Origin: Balanoglossus misakiensis
Taxonomy: Eukaryota > Animalia > Hemichordata
Direction: 5' to 3'
DNA: 64,000 nucleotides
Assembly: GCA_040954595.2 (NCBI GenBank)
Contig: CM082586.2
Coordinates: forward strand, 867,630 to 931,629
The position numbers were made by a program, and so were the translations under genes. This document shows positions 36,901-48,700 of the stretch, one piece after another; position 1 is the first letter of the stretch; every line of letters begins with the position of its first letter. Below the pieces are notes generated by a model. The model made no database searches. It saw nothing but the letters and a program-made list of their open reading frames with translations, and had not been told where the DNA came from.

Positions 36901-37916
36901 TTTGCAAAGAAACATTTGGACATCTTGCCAAAAGTGCAACGTGCACTTTTGCTTTCATGGGCATGTAATATGTTGTCAGTAAGCTTTTTTATATTAGTAA
37001 TATTAAAGAAAGTTGAGGCCTTTTATGTTTCCATATTCAAAACATATTATGTACATTGAACTACACGTTTCAATTTTATTTTAATTGCTTTATCGCTGGA
37101 TCAGCTGAAAAAAAGAATCACTGTATTAAAAAATCAGTTGAAAGTTGCAGAGGCGCTACAAAAGGACGTGCAGGAGGAGTTGGAACCTCACGTGCCGTAA
37201 GTTCATAATGAAGTAAAAACAAAAAATCCAGCCTGAGTTAATTACCTTCAAACAATCTTGTGATCCTTATCTTTAAACTCAAAACATCACAATAATCTAA
37301 TGGGAACCGAAGCTTCATGAGACTCACTATTTCGCATTGATTTTATAATTTTTGTTATCAAAGTTGAGTTTCATCATTTTCTGTGTGATTTAGAGATATG
37401 TCTGCTTGTTGCATCTGCAACTTGGCTTTGAAATCACATCTATTTATGTTCAACTGTGAAAGTAGAACACTACAAAATTTATAGCTTTCATCATATTTGA
37501 CATGTATATTTGGTAACCTTTAATAGTGGTTCTAATATGCGGTTTGCTTTATTGATTGTTAACTTAATAGGATATGGAAACAAGTGAAACGATTGTTTTC
37601 GCCAATGTCACAGTGATTTCTGTATTCGGATGGCTGATAACTGCCCAGCGATAACTGGTTAGTGGCACAAATTGGACATTTGACACAGACTTGCAGTTAA
37701 ACTCTGACCGACCTTTGTTATAGTTGGTAATGGGACAAACGGCGTTCTCTGGAGTAAATGCAATATTGACCATTTGCAACGCATATGCACTCGTACAAGA
37801 TGTAACACTGAGTCATACAGATGCCTACTGAAATTTAGTTTTCATTTATTCTGTCTTTCAGGATGCAGAAGTCTTTTGCACAAAGACAGAGACTACAACC
37901 GAGAAAGGATGTGTAA
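33983..37916 (+). CDS. Family paralogue P8, near-identical duplicate of P7 with DHWNEL changed to NHWSNL
   Basis: Exons 33983-34010, 34661-34951, 35294-35920, 36285-36536, 36795-36853, 37105-37196 and 37862-37916. The frame is intact. Confidence 0.8.
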
Positions 37917-38744
37917 ATTCTCAAGGATGATGTTCATATAGTAGTAATGTCAATAACTCTGACAATCGTAGTATTCAGAGTGTCTTTCAGTGCAAAGTCG
38001 TATCGGAAACAATATCCTAAGGAAGTGTTAATATTTAGATTTTCTTCGGCGCTTATACATGTATAATACAGTAGTGATATAATAGGAGTAGGCCCACATA
38101 CAGGCAGTTTATTGGACCGAATGCCTTAGGAAACTTTCAGTTGTAATCATGAAGTTTAAAGTTCTCGTTAATGTATTAATCATCCTCTTTGCAAATTACA
38201 ATGTATTCCTCAATACTTGATGAGGTGTGATGTCGTTTTTTTTCAAATCGCTATGGAGTCATTCATCTTCAATCTTTTACCAGACTAAAGTGGGACGATG
38301 AAAATACCCCCAGTGATATCGGAACGTTGCCAACGCACTGATGTTGACATGTAGAACACATGAACTAAACATGTACAGACAACTGTTTCCAAACGATGCA
38401 TTGAATCGCTATAGGTTTCTGTTACTTATGGAATAGGGTTTAAGATTACATCCATATTTGACAGAGAACTCCCCTTGAAATTCCTGCTGGTCAAAATCCT
38501 TTCATTATTAGTTTTGATGTTTGTTTAACTCATGTGTTATCCAGCTATTTATCATTACACATTACACAGTAACCGATTTATCAAATGCCTTCTGTACTGC
38601 ACGTATTCTGCTGTGTGTTTAAAGACAGGTCAGGTAAACAATGACCTCATCATATGACCTCATTAATAGTACCGTTCGGCGACTGGCATATCGCATATTT
38701 GGTTGTGTGAGAGCCCAGCCTGTAGTTTTACTGCAATCGATAAA

Positions 38745-41700
38745 ATGGCGTCTGTCGATGATCCAGGTGAGTGCAGAAGACCCTTTAACAAATTCCAACC
38801 CTTTCCATATGCCCCAGGAGAAACATTGATAACTTCACATGAAAAGTAGAGAAGATGTTTCAGTTAGCAACTATAGAATGTCGACAAGCCAACGCATTGT
38901 TCAAATAGTGTACACCATTCCTGTAAGACTGCTACCAATCAATTCGTGTTGGGGACACGTACTGTATTTAAAAACGGCATTTAACACTAATTACATGCAG
39001 ATTTGTTTATATATTAGACACATGTGCCTTTTCGAAGTGTTTTGATGTTTAGAATTGTTATCATAGGATTACTAGTGGACATTTCACCATAGTATTGTAG
39101 GCCTACAGGTTACACACTTTACAAAGCGAAAGACTCGGGTATGAAACTCACAGGTTGGGTCAGCATCTCAAATTGATTTATAACAAGTTTACAGGTCAAA
39201 AGGGGGGCTTTGTATTTAGCGCTGACCGATGGACATATTCTGACACAGCTGAACACAGCAACAGAACAAACCACATATCAGAGCTTATTGATTAATTAAC
39301 CCTTGCCGGACAGGTGGTACAGAAATAGAGACAACTAAACTTGTTTTGTCAGTTGAAACTTGGTATAAATTGGACATTGTCCCCTCTTCTCGTGTTATCA
39401 TTGTGAACCCACTTCAGAGTTCAAAAGTTTGTTGTCTTTCCACCTATCTGAATCTGTTATATACAGTCTAGTGTTTCAATGATATAGATGTTAAAGCACT
39501 GTGAATTGTATATGGAAAGATTTAGGTTTTTTAGATTGAGTAGAACTTTCTGAATTACCTGCAAATTATGAAAACCATCGATGTGAACCTACGAAACACC
39601 GTTTTCAAAATTATAAAAAAAAATTGAAATGCAAATGTATTACATTTATATGCATCATCCGTAAATTTTCTTTCAGCTCTGGAGCAGAAATTAATCACCT
39701 ATGCAAAACTGCAATCGTTTCGCAAGGCAGAGGAACGTATCACAAAACTCCTTAGTGACCTACTGAACGATGACGATGTCGCCATAGAACAAGGTGACCT
39801 GGGTCTGAAACCTTCAGAAGATGCCATTGCTCAGACCGGAGCTCTTGTCATTGATGCCCGGCAGACAAGAACGTTGGTGACTCCAAAAAGACGAGACAAG
39901 AATGTTGATCATTGGGATGAAATTGATAAAATTGCCTCTAAAGATACAATGCCACCAGGTAGGTGGCACAATATGGCAGTACATGCACACCCTTTTCATA
40001 AGTTTGGCACCCTCACGCAGCCATTTTGGATTTGAACTCAAAGCGAGGCTAACGGGGAAACCCCTTTGATGTGATTGGTCGACCTTTCACCGTTGACCTG
40101 CTCAGATGCTCCTGATAAAAGCAAAGAAATATTTTCTCACTAACCTTGTGATTGCCTTTCAGGTTCCTTTCTGATTTTCATCTATGGCGACGAATCATCG
40201 AAGGACTTAGAAGAGGGCAGAGTCATTTCAACTCGGTGGATGACCACTTGGAAATATGCTGACACGAACGCACACTCCTTAGCTGAGAAGGGCCGAGTGT
40301 TTAGCCTTGCAGAAAACTTCAACAAGACGCAGGAAGAGAAACTCAAGAAATATTTTCAAGATATTCCCCTTTACCCGACGACGACAAATAAGAATGTCAA
40401 CGTGCTCCTTTTGGCGACAGATGCCGGACAAGAAGAGGTGCGTGGAACACTGAAGGAGCATCCACTCGTCAGTGAGACCACGCAAGACACAGATGACCAT
40501 CCCGCAGAGTACCAGTACTTCAAGTTCAAGGAAAAGCCAAAGAACATCCCATCAATCAAAATCTTCTACAGGGATGTGACTCAGCCCCTCAAATTCTGTG
40601 GTCCAGATGACTTCCAGGAACTGTCTTCGAAATTTCTGACAGAGCATCTCGTCAGCGATAAACTCGGCACAAAAGGATACCCCAAGATTAATAGAGTCCT
40701 GCTCGCGTGTCACTGCGCAGATTGCTTCCAGAAGCTCTGTATCCAACATTCTGAAATTACAAAGCACGTGAAGAAGGAACTGAGTAAGTATAGAAATGTT
40801 AAATCAATGTTCAATATGGTAACCCTTAGCCTCACGATGTGAATATAACGAATATCTTTACCATTTTCACAGAGAAAGTTGGAATCAAGTTAATTGGAGA
40901 TGTGATACCAATCTTGAGCGAGCACATACCCAACCGTGATGACTCGATACTACAGAGAAGCCGAGATATAATCATGGATTTCAAGAAGGGCACGAAAGAG
41001 AAGCACCTAAAAGAAAAGAGGCTCAGACTACAGGACAGACAACTCCCTAGTTTGAAGATGTTGTATACATACCACGCAGTTCAAATACCGTCTAGCAAGC
41101 CGGAACACCAAATGGAGAAAAATGAAGAAGGGTCACGCGAACAGCAGCCTGAGAGTGCCTCTGACATTGGTCCGGATGCTATGAAAGACGTGGACGAGCC
41201 CAAAGAAACTGACCATTTTCTGGGAGGTACCCAGAAATCTGGCGATGCAGAGAGTGAGAGAGTGGTCACAACTAATGTGGAAGGAGCCTATACCCAAAGC
41301 CCCCAGCACGCCATCGTTGTCAAAGTACCTGACGACAGTTCCAGTGATGATGATATTGAACAAGACACCCCCGACGATAAAATACAAGAACCCCAAGTAA
41401 GGGTTCAAACTGCCCCTGCAGTAACCAGTCCAGGAGAAGCAGTCGTGTATGCAGATGAACCAGGTGCTTCTCAATCCCCTCCGCCAGGACAGACCAATCA
41501 GGAGGGTCCCAGAACCACACATGGCGGACAGGAGAGGCGTGATGACTTAGAAGGCGACGGTGATGGGGACGCCGCTTCTGGTGATGACGATGCTGACAGA
41601 TTGGAGAAAGGGCGGCTTGTGATACAAGACAGTGATACCGATGAGAGTCGCACATCTGAGTCCAAGCAGCCACAGGACAAAGCGCAACAGCCAAGAAGAA

Positions 41701-41882
41701 ATGACGATGACGTGGAGGCAGGAAAGCCGCTGTCCAGACAAAAGCACCCTGATAAAAGAGAAGAAGAAAGGATGTGTTCACCACTGCAGTGGGTTGCAAT
41801 CGCTGCTGTAATTTTTCTAATTCTTGTGACGATCATATTCGTCAGTGTGTTTTTCGGACTTGAAGAACACAAATTCGTTTAA
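38745..41882 (+). CDS. Family paralogue P9 (~644 aa) with long acidic linker and C-terminal tail anchor
   Basis: Exons 38745-38766, 39677-39958, 40163-40783 and 40873-41882. Motifs LVIDARQTRTLVTPKRRDKNVDHWDEI and CHCADCF. TM WVAIAAVIFLILVTIIFVSVFFGL lies 6 aa from the C-terminus. Confidence 0.87.
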
Positions 41883-42750
41883 TAGACCTGTACATTGCAG
41901 TATTAATCTGAACTTCACGAGACTCTGCAAGTTACATTGGAGGACATTCTCATGTGACACAGGACAAACAAGACATGTTTCATACAAGTTATATGTTTGT
42001 CAAAAAAAATACTAGATTTAGTCTTCTTGTTCTTCCAACTATGAGCTCAATATGTCACCTGTTTGCAGAACTTATCCTTAAATTCGACCACATTTGTATA
42101 ATTCACTCAGAAGCCCAGGCGTTGAAGATTTGTCTGTTAGCTAGCTTACACACGATTCCATGTACATGATATTACAATCAACTAAATATTGCCCATTTTT
42201 CTTTAACGTATACCCTCCCAACATTCAACTATGCTCCCTCTCCCACATGCTGACATAGTTTTCATTCCCCGTGTGTCGTTTTTTGAATTTTAGAATTCTT
42301 GTCAGATGTAGTTCGTGTTTTGACTTGTTTATCTGCACAAATTGTACTTGTCACTGATTTTCGTATTTCAAAAAAGTTTTCCCACTTGGGTAAATAAAAA
42401 CAACTTTGGCGTGGTATTTCTATGCTACACAATGGCACATGCGTGCATGTTTCGATGGTCAGACTCCAGCGTGCTATCCAGAGAGATCACCGCAAATTAC
42501 AAGCAGGCCAAACCGCCAGCGGTCCCTTTTGTTAACCAGGTATGCAGCGACATCACGAGATAACTGGCTCAGGTTGCAAACAGCAAATAGAATATATATG
42601 AGCTATATAAAGCTGACACCTGCACTATGACCTTAAAGAGACCTCTTATGTGCTGAATAGAGACTGCATGATTATCATGTGACTGTGAGTCTACCTCTTT
42701 TGGTCCGCAAATAGTTGTGTCTCTAATGTGAAACACGGCCTAAAACGACA

Positions 42751-45173
42751 ATGGCGTCGCCTAATTCTGACCTTCAAGGTGAGTACATGCTGAATTGAAT
42801 AGCTATAGATACACACATCCCTTTTTGGCGTACGTTTGTGGTTATCGTTGCGTCTGTACATTTCCCTGTCTATTTCGGGCTACTTCGCTGTTGTGTTGTA
42901 TAATTTCACTTTCATTTTGCTCTCCCTAAAGAGCCACAGCGAGTATAGAACCCAGACATTCGGGGTTCTTACTGTGGCCCCAATTCCTGCGGTGAGCGAT
43001 GTGTATTTAAGCAGAGATTTTTACAGCGTATAACAATGCAACAGCACCGGACCTTGACATGTCATTGTAGTACAAATAAAAAGGTACAAGTTGTCACCAA
43101 TCGGGACATTACTTATACTGCCTTGGCTGCAGCAATATCGGCGATTTAACCGTCGCCAACCTATAGGCCTACGTTGTAACCAATTGTTGGCGAATAATTT
43201 GAAATTTGAGAACTATGGTTTCACACGTAATACATGTAATATGTGCTTCTGTCTGCCGTAGAGTGGACTGCCATGTTTGTCCATGTCAAAGGTCTCACAG
43301 AGGATATCAATTGGACGTTGACAGATCTACAGTGTCAAATATCCTTCGCATTCCTTTTTATTTCAGTCAACAAGCAGGTAATCTTCACATTCACCAAACT
43401 AGCATCATACGAGAAAGCAGAGCGCAAAGTTGCCTCTTTGCTCGAGGAAGTGGTAGATGGCAGTGATGTGCGCATTGTGAGATACGACGAGGTTGGAAAA
43501 TATCAAGACGCATCAGCTGTGACTGGCATCGTTGTTATCGACGTCAGGCAGACGAGAACTTTAATCACACCAACTAGAAGAGACAAAAATGTCGATCATT
43601 GGGATGAACTGCACAAGCTGGCCTCTGACGTCACCAAGCCTGCAGGTGTGTATGTTCTTTCAACTTTCTAAAGGGTCTGGCCAGTTTCTTTGGCCGGGGG
43701 AGGTGTATTCTATTTTGTGCCGTTGTTGGTTTTTACACATACATGTATAAGTGTATAACGTCTCCAGACGATTGGCCTAAACGAAAGACAATGGTTCTTC
43801 AAATTTAAATAAGTTCTGCTTGAATTTTATGATATTCTTCTAAAGTGAACATGTACACGTTTCAGGTTCGTTGTTGCTTTTCCTCTACGGTGACGAAGAT
43901 GAACCCCGACAGCTGATCCGAGAGAATTGGATGTCGACGTGGCGGTATAATGACGACCGAGCCTATGGTTTGGCACAGGCGGGAAGAGTTTTCAGTTTCG
44001 GCAGCAGTTTGAACACGAAGCAGAAAAAGGTCCTGGGGGATTTTCTTAGCAATGCTCCCCTCTTTCCACAAAGGAATCGAAACACGAATGTTCTGTTGCT
44101 TGGCGACGAAGAGGCAAAGAAAGAAGTGTGCGACTGTCTGGACAGACACCCGCATGTGAGAAAGACTTGGCCGAACAACGCAGCCGACAGATTTGAATAC
44201 CAGTACTTCAGTTTCATCGGTGGGCAAGACCAGGAAGGCGGTCCGGCCATCAAAGTCTACTGCGGCGATATGGGGTGCATCAAACTCTGTGACTCTCAAG
44301 ATAACACCGTAGCACTTTCCGAGCAAATATCTGCAGAGCATCTAAGAGGCCGCGAAATAACCAACAGAGTCACGAACTTCTGCACCTGTTGCAATCCCTT
44401 TTCGACTTGCTGCAGCCCATGTTCAACCTGTTGCTGTAGAGAATATGCCATACCACCCATTGACAATGTGTTGTTCTCTTGCCACTGTGATATATGTTTT
44501 AAGTTATCTCATGATCGACAGGTTTCCGACTATATAAGGACTGAACTGGGTAAGTTGAGACTGCAATGCAAGGTTTTCATGCACGATTACTACGTCATCT
44601 TGATGGAAGATCAAAGATGGCTTTGTTGTCAAAAGTGACTATTTAATAAGATTTGACATCCTAAAGTGTGGGTCTCGTTTGGCCCCTTTGAGACATATTT
44701 TTTAATCTTTTAAAAACATTTTCTTCATAGGCAAAGTTGGTATTAAGGTCCTCGGAGACGTTCGCCCTCTCCCGGAAAGTCAGATTGCGGCCAGCGAATC
44801 CGTCGAAGATACCAGTCGTTCTGTCATAGTGGAGTTGAAGAGACAAGATAACGAGAGTCACATTGAAGAAAAACAGCGACGATTACTGGAATTATCGTCT
44901 GATATCGTCAAACAAATGTATATTTATCATGTTATGCAGACTCCCGCTGCAAGGTCGCGTGTACGTAGACCTGTTGACGAAAAACATCCCAGGGACGAAG
45001 AACACCCCGAGGACGGAGAACACCTTCTTCCAGATAATACTAACGGCCGTCGACCGCGATTCAGGCGAAAAGTAGCTCTTGCTATAGCTGTGCCTGTTAT
45101 TGCGCTACTTGTTGTAACTGGATTAATGGTCTATTTGATGGTATTTAAAGATGGAAATAATCCGCCTGCTTGA
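42751..45173 (+). CDS. Family paralogue P10 (~477 aa) with Cys-rich insert and C-terminal tail anchor
   Basis: Exons 42751-42778, 43367-43645, 43866-44549 and 44731-45173. Motifs IVVIDVRQTRTLITPTRRDKNVDHWDEL and CHCDICF. TM VALAIAVPVIALLVVTGLMVYLMVF follows RPRFRRK. Confidence 0.87.
42904..42918. promoter_or_regulatory. ISRE-like element in P10 intron 1
   Basis: TTTCACTTTCATTTT, whose reverse complement is AAAATGAAAGTGAAA. Confidence 0.5.
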
Positions 45174-45792
45174 GTTGACTCATAAACGCATTCATGTATG
45201 TAGTCGAGGTTTCCTTTCGCCGCCTAAAAGTTCAAGCACTGACCGTGATCGAACATGAACTAGAACTTTCTATTTTGTCGAGTTTAGTCCTAGAATAGAA
45301 ACCTCGCTTCCTGTCTGTCTTTCTTGTTGTGTTTTTTAAAGAACGGTACGTAAAAGCTGCCATGTTTAAATAGATACCATATCTAATGGCAAGGCACATT
45401 TGATATGTTTCATAATGTCATTGGAATTTCACAAATTAAATACTGGTAATAAATTCTCAGTCTATCATAGTCTTGTTCGCGGACATTCTCGTCATTAAAA
45501 AATACTTCTCCCTAGAAATTTGACGCAGGAAACCTACCTGTAAAGTTGTGCCCGTAGATGACCAGAAACTTGACCTCACACGACCCCAACCTGACCTGAG
45601 TCAAGTTGACCTCGCCTGACCCCAGCGCCCTCTATCGGTAAGCGTCACCCAGTGCATATTTTGAGCTGTCATGGCGGCCATCGAGACCTGAATTTGTTTA
45701 CACCTGGATACGGCTATTTTGGGGGCTGGCGTATTTATTTGGAAGGTTTGCCTTGTGAAAATTCTGTCACCAACCGTTTAGTAATTTCCGAA

Positions 45793-48700
45793 ATGGCTGC
45801 TCAGCAAAGAGTTCAAGCTTACCTGGAAAGGCACAAAATCGGTGCACTGTTTGAGGTAGGTACTTGCACTGAAGAAGTCGTTGTTGTGTTGTTGATTTCT
45901 GTCATCTGATCAGCTACCTTTATTATTAAACTGCAATAATACCAGTCTACCGAAGCGTCAGGACTAAAAGTATTGCAGCTAGCCCGCCTTTTGCGGAGCT
46001 GCCGGTGCTCAATCAGAATGTCTCGGGGCATGGATGTAGAAGTTTTGACTCGAGACCAGTGCAATCATCTCCATCTGTTGTGTTTAGGATCTGATGGCCA
46101 GGCTGATTCAAAACACGCCAGAGGAACCAGTACAATACTTGATCAAGGTCCTTCAGAGAAAAGATGAAAAAGGCAAACGACCTTATCAAGAGAACCCTTT
46201 AGCCAGTCGATCTCGTCCACCATCTGGGGCTTCCAAGAGGACAGTGGCAGTCAGCAAGAGTTATGAGGATATACCACGCTCCAAGACGAGCGGTGATGTC
46301 TTGAGGAGAAGTACTGGTGGAGCAGCGCAATGGGCAGCAACAGATCCTGTGAGAGTGAGTAAAGGTGACAGGGGGTATGAAAAACCCTGGTCCACCAACA
46401 TGAAAAGAGGCAAACCAGTTCAACAGACCAGCACCACAACCATGGGGAGGGTGACGATTGATGACAGCGAAAATACAAGACCTGCAGGTAAAAATGATGC
46501 AATTGCCTGTATGAGAATAATTCATTTTGTGATATCATGAAGATAACGCAAGTTTTTGTTTTCAGACAGTTAATCAAATGATGTGTACCTATACAAAGCA
46601 GTATTTGATTTGGATATCTGTTCAACAGGTCGCAAAACCAAGAAACCTGAGTGGGACCACCACACCAAATTATCAACTCAGAACTTTGATGAGATGTTTG
46701 AAATGAATCAACCAACAAAGAAGAGTGGAGGTAATATATACAGCACTTTCATTGAACTCAAAGTGAGGCCAATGGGGAAAGTTGACCAATCACATGATCA
46801 AGGATGTTTCCCCATTGGCCTCACTTCGAGTTCATATTCATGGTGGCTGCTTGAAGTTTTGGTCACTGAGTTCATTTTTTTAAACCAGTAAATAACATAG
46901 TTTTTTTCCGTTTTTTTTACAGCCTCTAAGTCTGCATGGGGTGCTATTGAACAGGTATATAAGAAAGAATTGTTCATAAGACTGTCATTTTTACTGAAAA
47001 AGCATCCTGAGATGCATACTACCATAGTGCTTAAAGACAGGTGGTGTATAATACACTAAATACTGCAGCCATACATACATACTCAAGATACTGTCTCTCA
47101 GCAAAGAGTGTATTTTTTTTCCTTCCCAGGACGAAGACTTGCTCTACACCAGCTCTGGCTACAGAGGTGTCCAGCGCCAGCGTACACAGTTTGAGGATGA
47201 CCCCCTAGCTGGTGAATTAGTTGTCCCCAAATATCGGTCAAAACAAGATGATGATGAGGGATATAGCACTTCCAGCAGTGTGTAAGTTGTCCCAGTGAAT
47301 GCTACGCATAAAAAACTAAAATAAAATCTTCCAGTTTTCTGTCATACAATATTCCTGCTGTTTTTGTTCTGCAGAGCCAGTCGACACGCCAAGCCAGACA
47401 AGAAATCCAAGTCACACAAGAAAGAACTGGAAAAGTACATTAAAACACAGAGTGCCGGTAAAACACAAATACCCAGTGGTGATGTCACAGATGATGAGTA
47501 TGATGATGCTATAGATATGCTGGGTATGTCATCAAATTTTTTTAAAGTGAAAATAGAAAATACTGGGTGTAGCACACAAGGTCTTTTTTGGCCTGGGAGA
47601 AGAATGTGTCATATTTCAGTACTCATTTCAGTAAAATCGAGTCATGCTTATCACCATGCAACTGATTGTGTTGCAGAAAACCTGGATGATCTTCGCAGTG
47701 AAGGTGTCACTCAAGTAAAGTCTTCTGGGAACAGAATCAGTAAGGTAATTCTGTGACGCTGCAGTTATAGTTATTCTGTGATGCTGTGGTTGTAATTACT
47801 CTGTTATGCAGCAATTGTGCACCAGTATTCTGTGATGCAGGGGATGTAAATATCACTTCATTTTTTATCTCATTCCCAGTCTTTCCATCGCGGCCAGTCA
47901 GAACCTCAGGTGAAAGTCAGTATTTGTGCCAGATGTGCCAAGTAAGTTATCCTTCATCATTGTTGTGTTGTGTTTCTTGTTCAACACCTAGTTCCTAGTG
48001 TTTAACGTGCGTACACCCTGTATGTGTAGAGTCACCATAGTTGTTGTTCGAACTATGAATTTGTCAACACTGACAGTGTTTTTTTCACATACACTGGCCA
48101 TTGACAATCATTAACATACTGTAGGAAATAGAATGACCAATCATTTACCCAGTGTATACTCATTTCATTGATACTCTGTAGAATCATGGGTGGGCAGCCC
48201 AGTGGGGGAGTTCAGAGCGAATATGGCTCAGTGGTCGGATATGGTGAACTACCGGACTATGATGATCGAGGCAGTGATTACCCATCGGCCAGACCCTTTG
48301 GTGCTGTGCTGGACGATGATGAGTTTGAGAGTGTGTCCCAAGTACACAGTCCGGTAAGTTCACAGGAGATTGGATGGAGAGATTGTCTGACCCCCGACTG
48401 ACAGGCAAATGATACTTTGATAGATTGGTCAGTAAAACAGACACAGAGAGACTGACAGATTCATGCTGTATATACTTACATGTACATGTGCATAGGAAGG
48501 TAAAGAAGCTAATGCAATTTCATCTCTCTTGTTACAGCGTCGTCCAGTGTGGCATGATGACACAGACACCTGTAAGTATTTGAGTAATTCCTCATTCTTA
48601 AAAAAAACTTGTTGCTGGAAAACTTCTGCAAACCAAGAAGCCTGAGTGGGACAACCTGCCAATATCTATCTGGTAAATCATAGCGATCAAAAGTAGTAAA

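Larger units (their letters stand above)
28942..38177 (+). repeat. Recent ~4.6 kb tandem duplication (28942-~33460 and 33514-~38177)
   Basis: ttttatctgtactgtactcaaataatataat starts at both 28942 and 33514. Exons, introns and the (TTTA)n microsatellite are near-identical between the units. Confidence 0.95.

Noticed and set aside
19950-44341. Many minus-strand ORFs overlapping the family exons
   Set aside because: They are antisense shadows of real + strand exons with no independent motifs.
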